From contig DASXIR010000017.1 of NCBI GenBank assembly GCA_036497895.1, forward strand, positions 6,899 through 70,898: a stretch of DNA of 64,000 nt, read 5' to 3'. Each line of letters starts with the position of its first letter. Position 1 is the stretch's first letter. The notes under the pieces are model-generated. The model saw only the letters and a program-made list of their open reading frames with translations, was not told the origin of the DNA and did not search any database. Of this stretch, positions 43,109-52,079 are shown in pieces. The translations under genes and the position numbers were made by a program. The stretch is from Vicinamibacterales bacterium (GTDB taxonomy: Bacteria > Acidobacteriota > Vicinamibacteria > Vicinamibacterales > CAVVIG01).

Positions 43109-45241
43109 ATGAACATGCATGCACGTGCTCGAATCGCGGCGCTGATCGCTTTCCTGATGGGCACCGCGCTGACCGCCGGCCAGGCGCCCGCCCCGGCGCC
43201 CGCGCCCGCGCAGCAGCCGCCGGCCGGCCAGCAACCGGCCCCGCCGACCTTCAAGGTCCGTGTGGATTATGTCGAGGTCGATACGATCGTCACCGACAAG
43301 CAGGGCAAGTTCGTCCGGGACCTCACGAAAGAAGACTTCCAGGTCCTCGAGGACGGCAAATCGCAGACGATTGCGCAGTTCACCACCGTGGACATACCGG
43401 TCGAGCGCGCCGATCATCCGCTGTTCGCGGTCTCACCGATCGCTCCCGACGTCAGGACCAACGAAAAGCCGTTCGACGGACGCGTCTACGTGATGGTGGT
43501 CGACGATCTCCACACCTTGTTCGGCCGGTCCCAGCGCGTGAAGATAGCGGCCAGGCAGTTCATCGAGCAGCGCCTCGGCGCCAATGACATGATGGCCATC
43601 GTTCACACCGCCGGGCCGTCCAACGGGAACCAGGAGTTCACGAACAACAAACGCCTGCTGCTGGCGGCCGTGGACAAGACCCAGGGCCGCAAGCTGGACT
43701 CGGCCACGATCAACAAGACCAACGAGTACAACAACACCCGGGGGACGCGTCAGCCGGGCGATGCCCTCAACGACCCGGACGATTCGGAACGTGCCTTCAA
43801 CGCGCGTTCGTCGCTTGATACGCTGCGAAACGTCGCCGACTGGTTCGGATCGGTGCGCGGCCGGCGCAAGGCCATCCTGTTCGTGAGCGAAGGCATCGAC
43901 TACGACATCAACGACATCATCCCGCAGCAGGGCTCCAACCACCAGGGCGCCTCGATGGTTCTCGACGCAACGCGCGACGCGATTTCTTCGGCGACGCGTT
44001 CGAACGTCGCGATTTACGGCATCGATCCGCGCGGCCTGACCGACCTCGGCGACGAGTCGATCACCGTCGGTGCCTTTCCCGACGACACCTCGCTCGGCGT
44101 GGGAACCTCGTCGCTGTTCAACGAGGTCAGGCTCTCGCAGGACAGCCTGCGCACGCTGTCAGACGAGACCGGCGGCTTTGCCGTCGTCAACAAGAACGAT
44201 TTCACCACCGCGTTCCAGCGCATCCAGGAGGACAACAGCTCCTACTACGTGCTGGCGTACTACCCGCCCGATCCTCGCCCGGGGCGCTTCCATAAGATCG
44301 ACGTCCGCGTCACGCGGCCGGGACTGACCGTCCGCGGCCGTCGCGCCTACGTCACGCCCAAGAAGGTGGACGACAAGAACAACAAGACCACCACCAAGAG
44401 CGTGACCACGCCGGAAGTCCGCGAGGCGCTCGACAGCCCGCTCCCGGTCAGCGGATTGACGATGCATGTGTTCTTCTCGCCGTTCAAGGGGACGGCGCCG
44501 AACGCCTCGGTGTTGATGGGCGTCGAACTGCGCGGCCGCGACATGGCGCTGAGCCAGACTGACTCGCTGCAGCTTTCGTATATCGCGATTGACTCCACCG
44601 GCAAGATCAAGGGCGGCAACACCGATTCGCTGACGATGTCGGCGCTGCGGCCGGACACCAAGGCGCGCATCGAGCAAACCGGGCTGCGGCTGTTGAATCG
44701 CATGGACCTGCCGCCCGGCAAGTATCAGGTGCGCATCGCCGCGCAGGATTCCGGATCCGCCAGCGTCGGCGCAGTGCAGTACGACCTCGATGTTCCGGAC
44801 TTCGCCAAGGCGCCATTCAGCATGAGCGGCATCGTCATGACCTCGCCGCTCGGCTCGGCGCTTCCGACCGCCCGCGCCGACGAACAACTGAAGCCGGTGA
44901 TGCCCGGACCGCCGATTGCGCGACGCAACTTCCCGCAGAACGACGAAGTCACACTGTTCGCAGAGGTCTACGACAACGCCGGCAAGCAGCCGCACAAGGT
45001 CGACATCACGTGCACGGTGACCGCCGACGAAGGTAAGGTGATGTTCAAGACCGACGAAACGCGCGACTCGAGCGATCTCGGCGGCCAGCGCGGCGGCTAT
45101 GGTTACACCACCAAGATTCCCATGAAGGACCTCGCTCCCGGCCGCTACGTGCTGAAAGTCGAAGCGGCGTCGCGGGTCAAGGACACCCCGACGGTCGCGC
45201 GTGAGGTCGAGTTCACGGTCGAACCGGCGGCGGGCAGGTGA
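43109..45241 (+). CDS. VWFA-related Acidobacterial-domain protein (710 aa, secreted)
   Basis: Signal peptide MNMHARARIAALIAFLMGTALTAGQ, FKVRVDYVEVDTIVTDKQGKFVRDLTKEDFQVLEDG, and a VWA core (YVMVVDDLH..., ILFVSEG). Confidence 0.8.
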   Translation: MNMHARARIAALIAFLMGTALTAGQAPAPAPAPAQQPPAGQQPAPPTFKVRVDYVEVDTIVTDKQGKFVRDLTKEDFQVLEDGKSQTIAQFTTVDIPVERADHPLFAVSPIAPDVRTNEKPFDGRVYVMVVDDLHTLFGRSQRVKIAARQFIEQRLGANDMMAIVHTAGPSNGNQEFTNNKRLLLAAVDKTQGRKLDSATINKTNEYNNTRGTRQPGDALNDPDDSERAFNARSSLDTLRNVADWFGSVRGRRKAILFVSEGIDYDINDIIPQQGSNHQGASMVLDATRDAISSATRSNVAIYGIDPRGLTDLGDESITVGAFPDDTSLGVGTSSLFNEVRLSQDSLRTLSDETGGFAVVNKNDFTTAFQRIQEDNSSYYVLAYYPPDPRPGRFHKIDVRVTRPGLTVRGRRAYVTPKKVDDKNNKTTTKSVTTPEVREALDSPLPVSGLTMHVFFSPFKGTAPNASVLMGVELRGRDMALSQTDSLQLSYIAIDSTGKIKGGNTDSLTMSALRPDTKARIEQTGLRLLNRMDLPPGKYQVRIAAQDSGSASVGAVQYDLDVPDFAKAPFSMSGIVMTSPLGSALPTARADEQLKPVMPGPPIARRNFPQNDEVTLFAEVYDNAGKQPHKVDITCTVTADEGKVMFKTDETRDSSDLGGQRGGYGYTTKIPMKDLAPGRYVLKVEAASRVKDTPTVAREVEFTVEPAAGR

Positions 45242-45648
45242 AGGCGTTCGCCGTCGCAATTGCGGCGCTGCTTTGGGCGATGGCTCCAGTCGCCTTGACG
45301 ACTCTCGACAAAGGCAGTCAGAGCAACGTCGACGAAGGCCGCCAGGTATCGATCCGGACCGAACAAGAGTGGACCCGGCTGTGGCAGCAGCACAAACCGG
45401 ATCGGCCGAAACCGGCAGTCGATTTTTCAACGCAGATGGTGCTGGGGGTGTTCATGGGCAGCCGCTCGACGGGAGGATTTGCCGTCGAGATTCTCGGCGC
45501 GTCTGAAGCCGGCGGTGCGCTGACGGTCCGGTATCGCGAGACGATTCCGCAGCCAGGCGCGATCACCGCCCAGGTGATCAGCTCGCCGTATCACCTGGTG
45601 GCAGTGCCGAAGGTCACCGGGGCGGTGACCTTCGAGAAGGTTCGCTAG
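45238..45648 (+). CDS. PrcB-like (protease-complex subunit PrcB C-terminal domain) protein
   Basis: Signal peptide, then ...VDFSTQMVLGVFMGSRSTGGFAVEI.... The GTG start overlaps the VWFA stop (GTGA at 45238-45241). Confidence 0.65.
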   Translation: MKAFAVAIAALLWAMAPVALTTLDKGSQSNVDEGRQVSIRTEQEWTRLWQQHKPDRPKPAVDFSTQMVLGVFMGSRSTGGFAVEILGASEAGGALTVRYRETIPQPGAITAQVISSPYHLVAVPKVTGAVTFEKVR

Positions 45649-45652
45649 CGTC

Positions 45653-46111
45653 CTAGGTTTTCGCCGGATCCGGGAACTTGTCCACGCGCTTGGGTTTTGG
45701 CACCGTGCCGTTGGCGTGGCTGAAGTTGTAGTTGTTCGAGGTCATGCCGGTCTTGAACGGCGTCTCGATCGTGATCGTCTGCACTTCGCCGGGCTGCAGC
45801 AGGCCGTTGATGATGCCCTTGCTGCCACCAACCGCCGTGCCGCCCTTGTCGTACCAGGTTTCGGCGATCGTCAACCGCGCGATCGGCGCATTCGAGGCGT
45901 TGCGGACCTTGATCTTGGTGATGATCATGTCCTTGTCGCGCTTGGTTTCGGGCTTGGTGAACTCGACTTCCGCGGCCCCTTTGATCGGCGGCGTGAATTT
46001 CTTGCCCGCCAGCACCGATGTCATCGGCGGCGGGGTCTGGGCGAAGGCGGCGGTCGCGGCGAGCGTAGCGCTCAAGAGCGTCACGGCAGCGGTCAAACGC
46101 GCGCGTGTCAT
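45653..46111 (-). CDS. Small secreted protein of unknown function (152 aa)
   Basis: GGGAGGA lies 5 nt upstream of the ATG at 46111. Signal peptide MTRARLTAAVTLLSATLAATAAFAQ. The composition is beta-rich, with no motif I recognise. Confidence 0.55.
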   Translation of the reverse strand: MTRARLTAAVTLLSATLAATAAFAQTPPPMTSVLAGKKFTPPIKGAAEVEFTKPETKRDKDMIITKIKVRNASNAPIARLTIAETWYDKGGTAVGGSKGIINGLLQPGEVQTITIETPFKTGMTSNNYNFSHANGTVPKPKRVDKFPDPAKT

Positions 46112-46159
46112 AAGATCCTCCCGGTAATAGACGAAGAAAAACGACGGCGAAACTGCGGG

Positions 46160-46165
46160 ATTATA
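46160..46165 (-). promoter_or_regulatory. TATAAT box in the AT-rich spacer upstream of the small secreted-protein gene
   Basis: The minus strand reads TAATATATAAT (46160-46170), about 49 nt upstream of the ATG at 46111. It overlaps the stop of the upstream gene. Confidence 0.25.
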
Positions 46166-46167
46166 TA

Positions 46168-46626
46168 TTACATCTCCCCGTTCCAATCCTCCGGCTCAGG
46201 GTTCACCGAGCGGAAGATCTCCATGTGCCATTTGCCGCCGCCCCACGGTTCGATGACCTCGGCGGCGACGACGTCGACGAGCAGTTCGGAGAAGAGCCGG
46301 CCTTCGGGATCGCCTTCGAGGTGGTAGGCCGGTTCGTCCCAGCCGAAATTCGGATAGAGCATCAACGTCAGGAACAGGTCGTAGCCATCGTCGACCACGA
46401 TCAGCTGGCCGCAGGGCCGTTTCTGCGTCGAGTGATAGATCAGGTATTTTTCAGCGCTGTGCGCGCGGATATAGCGTTTGAGCGCGAACTCGCGCGCCAC
46501 AATTTCTTCGACCGCGATTTTCTTGTCCCAGCAATCGCGGCAGTACTTCTCCTCGCCGCGCGGCTCCGACACATCCTTGGCCCCGCACAGGGCGCAGCGG
46601 GTTTTCTCGACAGACTTGCGTGGCAT
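46168..46626 (-). CDS. Hypothetical protein with an N-terminal CxxC...CxxC zinc ribbon (152 aa)
   Basis: CALCGAKDVSEPRGEEKYCRDCW. GC3-rich codon usage is consistent with real coding sequence. The C-terminal roughly 110 aa are not recognised. Confidence 0.55.
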   Translation of the reverse strand: MPRKSVEKTRCALCGAKDVSEPRGEEKYCRDCWDKKIAVEEIVAREFALKRYIRAHSAEKYLIYHSTQKRPCGQLIVVDDGYDLFLTLMLYPNFGWDEPAYHLEGDPEGRLFSELLVDVVAAEVIEPWGGGKWHMEIFRSVNPEPEDWNGEM

Positions 46627-46642
46627 GCCACCAGTCTAGCAT

Positions 46643-48787
46643 CTACGACCGCGTGACGGCCGCACGCTCGAGCGCCGGCGCGTACATCCGGGCGACGTAT
46701 TCCTTCACCATCCGCCGGGCTGAAAATCGCGGCGCGACCGTGCGAATCGCTTCCTTGACCGTGCCCACCCAGCGATGCGGCACGCCGGCGTCGTCGCGAT
46801 CGTAGAACGCCGGCACCACCTGTTCCTCGAGCAGGCGATAGAACGCGTCGGCATCGGCGGCATCGACCGCGTCCGGGTTGTCGTTGCCGCCGTTGATCAC
46901 CCAGCCGTTGTCGCCGGTGAAGCCTTCCGCCCACCATCCGTCGCCGATACTCAGGTGCGGCACGCCGTTGATCGACGCTTTCATCCCGCTGGTGCCGCTC
47001 GCCTCGAGCGGCTTGCGTGGGTTGTTCAGCCACGCGTCGCACCCCTGTACCAGGAAGTGCGCGACGTGGAGATCGTAGTCGTCCACGAACGCGATGCGGC
47101 CACCGTAGGCCGGGTCGATCGCCCGCTTGTAGACACGCTGCAGGTGGTGCTTGCCGATGTCGTCGGCGGGGTGTGACTTGCCGGCGAAGATGATCTGCAC
47201 CGGACGCCCCGGAGCGTTGAGAATCCGGGCGAGCCGCTCCGGATCGTAAAAGACCAGTTCCGGACGCTTGTAGCCGGTGAACCGGCGCGCAAAGCCGAGC
47301 GTCAGCGCGCCCGGATCGAGCAGCGTGCCGGCGGCGACGACGCGGGGCATCCCGACGTGGTCGACCATCCAGCGGTCGCGCGAGCGTTCGCGGATGAAGG
47401 CGAACAGATAGCCGCGCAGCGAACAGCGGACCCGCCACAGCTCCGCGTCCGGAATCGTCAGGATGCCGTCCCACAACGCGGGATCGTCGTGCCGTTCGAT
47501 CCAGTCGACTCCAAGGAATCGGGCGAAGAGTGCGGCGAGGTCGCTCGCAATCCAGGTCGGCACGTGTACGCCGTTGGTCACCGACGTCACCGGCCGATCG
47601 GCTTCCGCGCGATCCGGCCACATCGGTGCGAACATCGCGCGGGTGACCTGTCCGTGCAGCTGGCTGACCGCGTTGGTCGAGCCGGACGAGCGAATCGCCA
47701 GCGCGGTCATGTTGAACTGTACGCCGCCGCCGTTGTCGTAGGCGCCGAGTGCCAGGAAGCGATCGCGATTGGCGCCGAGCGTGCCCCAGCAGCCGGCGAG
47801 ATGTTTTTCGACGAGATGAAACGGAAACGCGTCGTGCCCCGCCGGCACCGGCGTGTGAGTCGTGAAGATCGTGCTCCGCTGAATGTCTTCCAGGGCGCTA
47901 TCGAACGTCGATCCGTTCGCGATCAGATCGTGAATCCGCTGCAGGACCACGAAGCCGGCGTGCCCCTCGTTCAGGTGGCAGACGCCGGGATGAATTCCCA
48001 ACGCCTTGAGCGCGCGGACGCCGCCAATCCCGAGGATGATTTCCTGCTGGATGCGCGTCTCGCGGTCGCCGCCGTAGAGTCGCGCCGACAACTCGCGATC
48101 CCAGGGCGCGTTCTCATCCAGATCGGTGTCGAGCAGGTACAGCGTGATGCGGCCGAGGCGTACTTTCCACACCGCGACGAGGACCGATCGGTCGCCCAAC
48201 GGAACGGCCGTCACGCATGGTTTGCCGTCGGGCGTCAGGGCCGGTTCGATCGGCGCGTCCGCCCAGGTCAGGCGCTCGTAACTCTCTTCCTGCCAGCCTT
48301 CGGTCGAGATGTGCTGGTGGAAGTAGCCCTGCGGATACATGAAGCCGACGCCGATGAGCGGCACGCCCAGGTCGCTGGCTTCCTTGCAGTGATCGCCCGC
48401 GAGCACGCCGAGACCGCCGGCGTAAATCGGCAGCGACTGGTGCAGGGCGAACTCGGCCGAGAAGTAGGCGATCGACTGATCGGCGAGCTGCGGGAAGCTG
48501 CGGCTGAACCACGTGTTGCCGGGTGCCCGCGCCTGGTCGAGCAGGGCGATGGCGCGATCGTAGGCGGCCAGAAAGTCGGCGTCGGCCGCTGCCGCGTCCA
48601 ACCGCTCCTGCGCGACGATCCGCAGCATCAGGACCGGGTTATGGGCAGTCGCCCGCCACAGCCTGTAGTCGAGAAGACGGAATACCGCGCGCGCCTCGCC
48701 GTGCCAGCTCCACCACAAGTCGGTGGCCAAATCTTCAAGGCGGGCGATGCGAGCGGGCAATTGAGGCGAAGGGGCGTTGTCGCTCAT
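46643..48787 (-). CDS. glgP: Alpha-glucan phosphorylase (GT35, short GlgP type, 714 aa)
   Basis: LEDLATDLWWSWHGEARAVF and the PLP-lysine motif EASGTSGMKA. The ATG at 48787 overlaps the upstream stop (ATGA). Confidence 0.9.
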   Translation of the reverse strand: MSDNAPSPQLPARIARLEDLATDLWWSWHGEARAVFRLLDYRLWRATAHNPVLMLRIVAQERLDAAAADADFLAAYDRAIALLDQARAPGNTWFSRSFPQLADQSIAYFSAEFALHQSLPIYAGGLGVLAGDHCKEASDLGVPLIGVGFMYPQGYFHQHISTEGWQEESYERLTWADAPIEPALTPDGKPCVTAVPLGDRSVLVAVWKVRLGRITLYLLDTDLDENAPWDRELSARLYGGDRETRIQQEIILGIGGVRALKALGIHPGVCHLNEGHAGFVVLQRIHDLIANGSTFDSALEDIQRSTIFTTHTPVPAGHDAFPFHLVEKHLAGCWGTLGANRDRFLALGAYDNGGGVQFNMTALAIRSSGSTNAVSQLHGQVTRAMFAPMWPDRAEADRPVTSVTNGVHVPTWIASDLAALFARFLGVDWIERHDDPALWDGILTIPDAELWRVRCSLRGYLFAFIRERSRDRWMVDHVGMPRVVAAGTLLDPGALTLGFARRFTGYKRPELVFYDPERLARILNAPGRPVQIIFAGKSHPADDIGKHHLQRVYKRAIDPAYGGRIAFVDDYDLHVAHFLVQGCDAWLNNPRKPLEASGTSGMKASINGVPHLSIGDGWWAEGFTGDNGWVINGGNDNPDAVDAADADAFYRLLEEQVVPAFYDRDDAGVPHRWVGTVKEAIRTVAPRFSARRMVKEYVARMYAPALERAAVTRS

Positions 48788-49767
48788 GACTGACAGGCGC
48801 CTACCAGCGCCGCGAATTTTGCGAGGTCGATGTTGCCGCCGGAGACCACCGCGACGACTTTTCCAGGACCGGCGCGTCCACTGAGCGCCGCCGCAACGGC
48901 GCAGGCCGCCGCGCCCTCGGCAATGACATGAGTCCGCTCCGCCACCAGCTTCATCGCGCGCGCCACATCGTTCAGTGAGACCACCAGCGAACCCGAAAGC
49001 GTCGAGAGCAGCGGCCACATCGTGGCGAGGACCGATTTTCCACCGGCGCCGTCCACGAACGACGCGGTCCACTTGTCGAAGTAGATCGGCTTGCCCGCCG
49101 CGAGCGACACCGAGAGCGGCGCCGCCGTCTCCGGCTCGGCCGCGTAGACGCGCGTGTCCGGCTTCAGCGCGCGCGTTGCGGCTGCGAGTCCCGACAACAG
49201 TCCGCCGCCGCCGAGCGGCGCCACGATGGCAGAAACGTCCGGCAGGTCTTCGAGAATTTCGAGGCCGGCCGTCGCGTTGCCCGCGATGAAGCGGTCGTCG
49301 TCGAACGGATGGACGAAGTAGCCGGACATCCGATCCGAGGCGTGTGTTTCCACGGTTTTCCAGCACTCGTCGTAGGTGACCCGCACGATCGAGGCTCCCA
49401 GCCGCTCGATGGCGCGAATCTTCGCGTCGGGCGCAGTGTCCATCACCATCACTGAGCAGCGCGCGCCCACCTTGCGGGCGGCCAGCGCCACGCCCTGGGC
49501 CGCGTTGCCGGCACTGACTGTCCAGATGCCGTCGCGCAGTTGCTCTGGAGTGAGTTGCCGGACCAGGTTGTAGGCGCCGCGAATCTTGAAGGATCCGATC
49601 GGCTGCAACACTTCGAGTTTGAGATACAACTCGACGTCCGGACCGTTCTGGTTGTCGGGCAACATGACGCGCACCAGCGGCGTGCGGATTGCCGCACCGT
49701 AGACCGCGCCGGCGGCGTCGCGGATCGACTCGAGTGAAATCTGGCGTTCAGGCATCGTCAATGACAC
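48784..49767 (-). CDS. PLP-dependent fold-type II enzyme (threonine/serine dehydratase family)
   Basis: PLP-lysine motif GSFKIRGAYN and glycine loop APLGGGGLLSG. Confidence 0.85.
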   Translation of the reverse strand: MSLTMPERQISLESIRDAAGAVYGAAIRTPLVRVMLPDNQNGPDVELYLKLEVLQPIGSFKIRGAYNLVRQLTPEQLRDGIWTVSAGNAAQGVALAARKVGARCSVMVMDTAPDAKIRAIERLGASIVRVTYDECWKTVETHASDRMSGYFVHPFDDDRFIAGNATAGLEILEDLPDVSAIVAPLGGGGLLSGLAAATRALKPDTRVYAAEPETAAPLSVSLAAGKPIYFDKWTASFVDGAGGKSVLATMWPLLSTLSGSLVVSLNDVARAMKLVAERTHVIAEGAAACAVAAALSGRAGPGKVVAVVSGGNIDLAKFAALVGACQS

Positions 49768-49800
49768 GGCTCGGATCGTAGCCGCCTCGACTGATGAGCG

Positions 49801-50271
49801 TCAATGGCGTGAGGAGGCGGATTCGCCTGGCGCGAACGTCCGATCGATGAACGCGGTCAGCTCGTCGATGGAGGTGTATTCGAACGTGGTGCAGGCTGGG
49901 TCACAGTTCCCGGCAATCAGGCGCGATACCTTGTCGCGCCGCGCCGCATCGTACAGCAGCACGACTCGCTGTCCGCTGGCCGCCGCGCGGCCGAGCACAT
50001 ATCCGACTTCGAAGCCGACACCGTAACTCGATCCCGACGCCTCTGCGACCAGCACGTCACAGCGAGTCAGCCATTCAAGATCGCGTTTGTAGACCGCGGC
50101 TGCCGTCAACCGCGATTCCGCGGCCTCCACATCGTCAGCCAGCAGATGGGTTGTGAGGACGTCATGGCCGTGTGCTTGAAGGCGGGCGCAGATGGCGCGT
50201 CCAGCCAGCACTCCGCCGCGGTCGCCGCGAACGGTGCAGGCGAGATAGACCGTCATTCGTCGCGCCATCAT
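49801..50271 (-). CDS. Nucleoside 2-deoxyribosyltransferase-superfamily protein, DNPH1/Rcl-like N-hydrolase candidate
   Basis: VYLACTVRGDRGG..., DLEWLTRCDVLVAEASGSSYGVGFEVGY matches the DNPH1 pattern as I remember it. 156 aa. Confidence 0.7.
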   Translation of the reverse strand: MMARRMTVYLACTVRGDRGGVLAGRAICARLQAHGHDVLTTHLLADDVEAAESRLTAAAVYKRDLEWLTRCDVLVAEASGSSYGVGFEVGYVLGRAAASGQRVVLLYDAARRDKVSRLIAGNCDPACTTFEYTSIDELTAFIDRTFAPGESASSRH

Positions 50272-51401
50272 TTTCTCAGCAGTTCACGGACCCTGTCGAT
50301 CGGAATCGCTTCAGCCGAGCCGATCGCGGAGTGAACGGTCGTGGCCTGAAACAGCGAGTTGTAGATTGCCTCCTCCGTCGCCTCGAGCGCGGCCTCGAAG
50401 AGCGGCGAGGTCGCATCCGGCGGCAGGACAGTACGGACGCGCGGCGCGGCGTCGTTGAACCGGCTCCGCATCGTCGGCGCGGTCGAGAACGCGATCGCGA
50501 AATCGCCGCTGCCGTTGCTGTACGAGGATCCCGTGCGGGCCAGGCCGAATACCGCGCGCGCCGCCAGACGATGCAGGTCGCGCGGATCCAGCGGCGCGTC
50601 GGTGGCGACGACCAGCATGCAGGAGCCATCGCCGTTGTCATTCGCTGCGACGCCGTCTCGCCGCCGCGGTGGCTGCAGCGAGCGGAAGACCGGCACCCCG
50701 GCGATCGTCAGATTGCCGCCGAAATTCGTCTGCGCCAGGACGCCGACGATGAAGCCGCCGCTCGAGGCGGGCAGTTGCCTGGACGAGGTGCCAATGCCGC
50801 CTTTCCACCCGTAGTTGACCGTGCCGGTTCCGGCGCCGACCGTGCCTTCCGCGACCGGACCGGCGGTCGCGGACTGAATCGCCGCCAGCACGTGCTCGCG
50901 CGTGACGTGGAGTCCGCGGATGTCGTTGAGGCCGCCGTCGTTGGTTTCGCCCACGACTGCGTTGACCGACGCCACGCGCTCGTTACCCGCTTGCGCGAGC
51001 GTGAATCGAACCACGGCATCCACGGCGACGCCGACGCTGAGCGTGTTGGTGAGGACAATCGGCGTCTCGATGGTTCCGAGCTCGTTCACCTGTGTCGATC
51101 CGGCGAGCTTGCCGAACGCGTTGCCGACGAAGACCGCGCCTGCGACCTTGTCCTGAAAGACGTTGCCGCCATGAGGCACGATCGCGGTGACGCCAGTTCG
51201 AATGCGATCGCCCTCGATCAACGTGGTGTGACCAACCCGGACACCGTCTACGTCGGTGATCGCGTTGAGGGCGCCGGGCTGGTAGACGCCGGGCGTGACG
51301 CCCAGGTCACGCGCCCGCGGCCGCGGTTGTGCCAGCAACAACGCCGCTGTTGACGCCGACAGCAAGGCGATCAGACTCGATCTCCTGAGCAACTGCATCA
51401 C
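50268..51401 (-). CDS. P1/S58 (DmpA-type) aminopeptidase family protein, secreted
   Basis: Signal peptide, ITDVDGVRVGHTTL, GTVGAGTGT. GTG at 51401 or ATG at 51398 overlaps the upstream stop. Confidence 0.85.
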   Translation of the reverse strand: MMQLLRRSSLIALLSASTAALLLAQPRPRARDLGVTPGVYQPGALNAITDVDGVRVGHTTLIEGDRIRTGVTAIVPHGGNVFQDKVAGAVFVGNAFGKLAGSTQVNELGTIETPIVLTNTLSVGVAVDAVVRFTLAQAGNERVASVNAVVGETNDGGLNDIRGLHVTREHVLAAIQSATAGPVAEGTVGAGTGTVNYGWKGGIGTSSRQLPASSGGFIVGVLAQTNFGGNLTIAGVPVFRSLQPPRRRDGVAANDNGDGSCMLVVATDAPLDPRDLHRLAARAVFGLARTGSSYSNGSGDFAIAFSTAPTMRSRFNDAAPRVRTVLPPDATSPLFEAALEATEEAIYNSLFQATTVHSAIGSAEAIPIDRVRELLRK

Positions 51402-51970
51402 GCCTTCATTGCCTCGATGCGCGCCGTCAGCTGATCCAGCCGCATCAGCAATTCACGATGTCGCGCATCGTCGGGCGTCGGCGTTCTGCCGAAAAACGAA
51501 ATGGTGCCGCCGGATTCGATCACCGCGCGATCGACATCGGCCAGGCTTTGGAATCCCTGTTTGTGCGCCGCGGCTTCGAGCGCGCGTTCCGTAATGAGCT
51601 CCCGTTGACAGCGCTCGGTCTGAATGGCGCCGTTTTCGATCAGCACGTCGGGCGCGCCCTCGACCATCTGATCAATCCGCTGATGGCCGTAGAGGAACCG
51701 CACGACCGCGTAGTTGACGAGCAGCAGCGTGGACGCGCCGATGACACCGCCGGTCACGCTGTTGTCGTCGCCGATGATGGCGTTCTGCACGGCGTTCGAC
51801 AACGTCAACAGGACAACGAGGTCGAATGGATTCAACTGGGCGAGCTCGCGTTTGCCGGCGAGTCGCAGGCCGATGATCAAGAAGACATAAACCAGGATCG
51901 GGCGAATGATCTTCTCAGCGACCGAAATCGCGCCGAGCGAGAACAGGGACTGGAGCATATGCGTTTGCAT
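51398..51970 (-). CDS. DUF421 (YetF-like) membrane protein
   Basis: ILVYVFLIIGLRLAGKRELAQLNPFDLVVLLTLSN. The ATG at 51970 (or 51958) was chosen; the longer ORF prefix is discounted. Confidence 0.75.
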   Translation of the reverse strand: MQTHMLQSLFSLGAISVAEKIIRPILVYVFLIIGLRLAGKRELAQLNPFDLVVLLTLSNAVQNAIIGDDNSVTGGVIGASTLLLVNYAVVRFLYGHQRIDQMVEGAPDVLIENGAIQTERCQRELITERALEAAAHKQGFQSLADVDRAVIESGGTISFFGRTPTPDDARHRELLMRLDQLTARIEAMKA

Positions 51971-52079
51971 GCGGGCATTATCACGCCGGCGCGCTCGAAA
52001 TGATGTCGTGCGCGACGCGACCGGCGCCCTTATGATTTCCCTATGATCGAAGTCACGACCGGCTAATCTGCTAACCTGA

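Noticed and set aside
47357-48793. A 478-aa ORF on the plus strand.
   Set aside because: It is antisense to glgP, which has the PLP-lysine motif.
49801-50271. The NDT/DNPH1-like protein as a possible anti-phage effector.
   Set aside because: No sensor, nuclease, TIR/SIR2, cyclase or other defence-associated partners are nearby. The context is metabolic and the gene is translationally overlapped with a peptidase.
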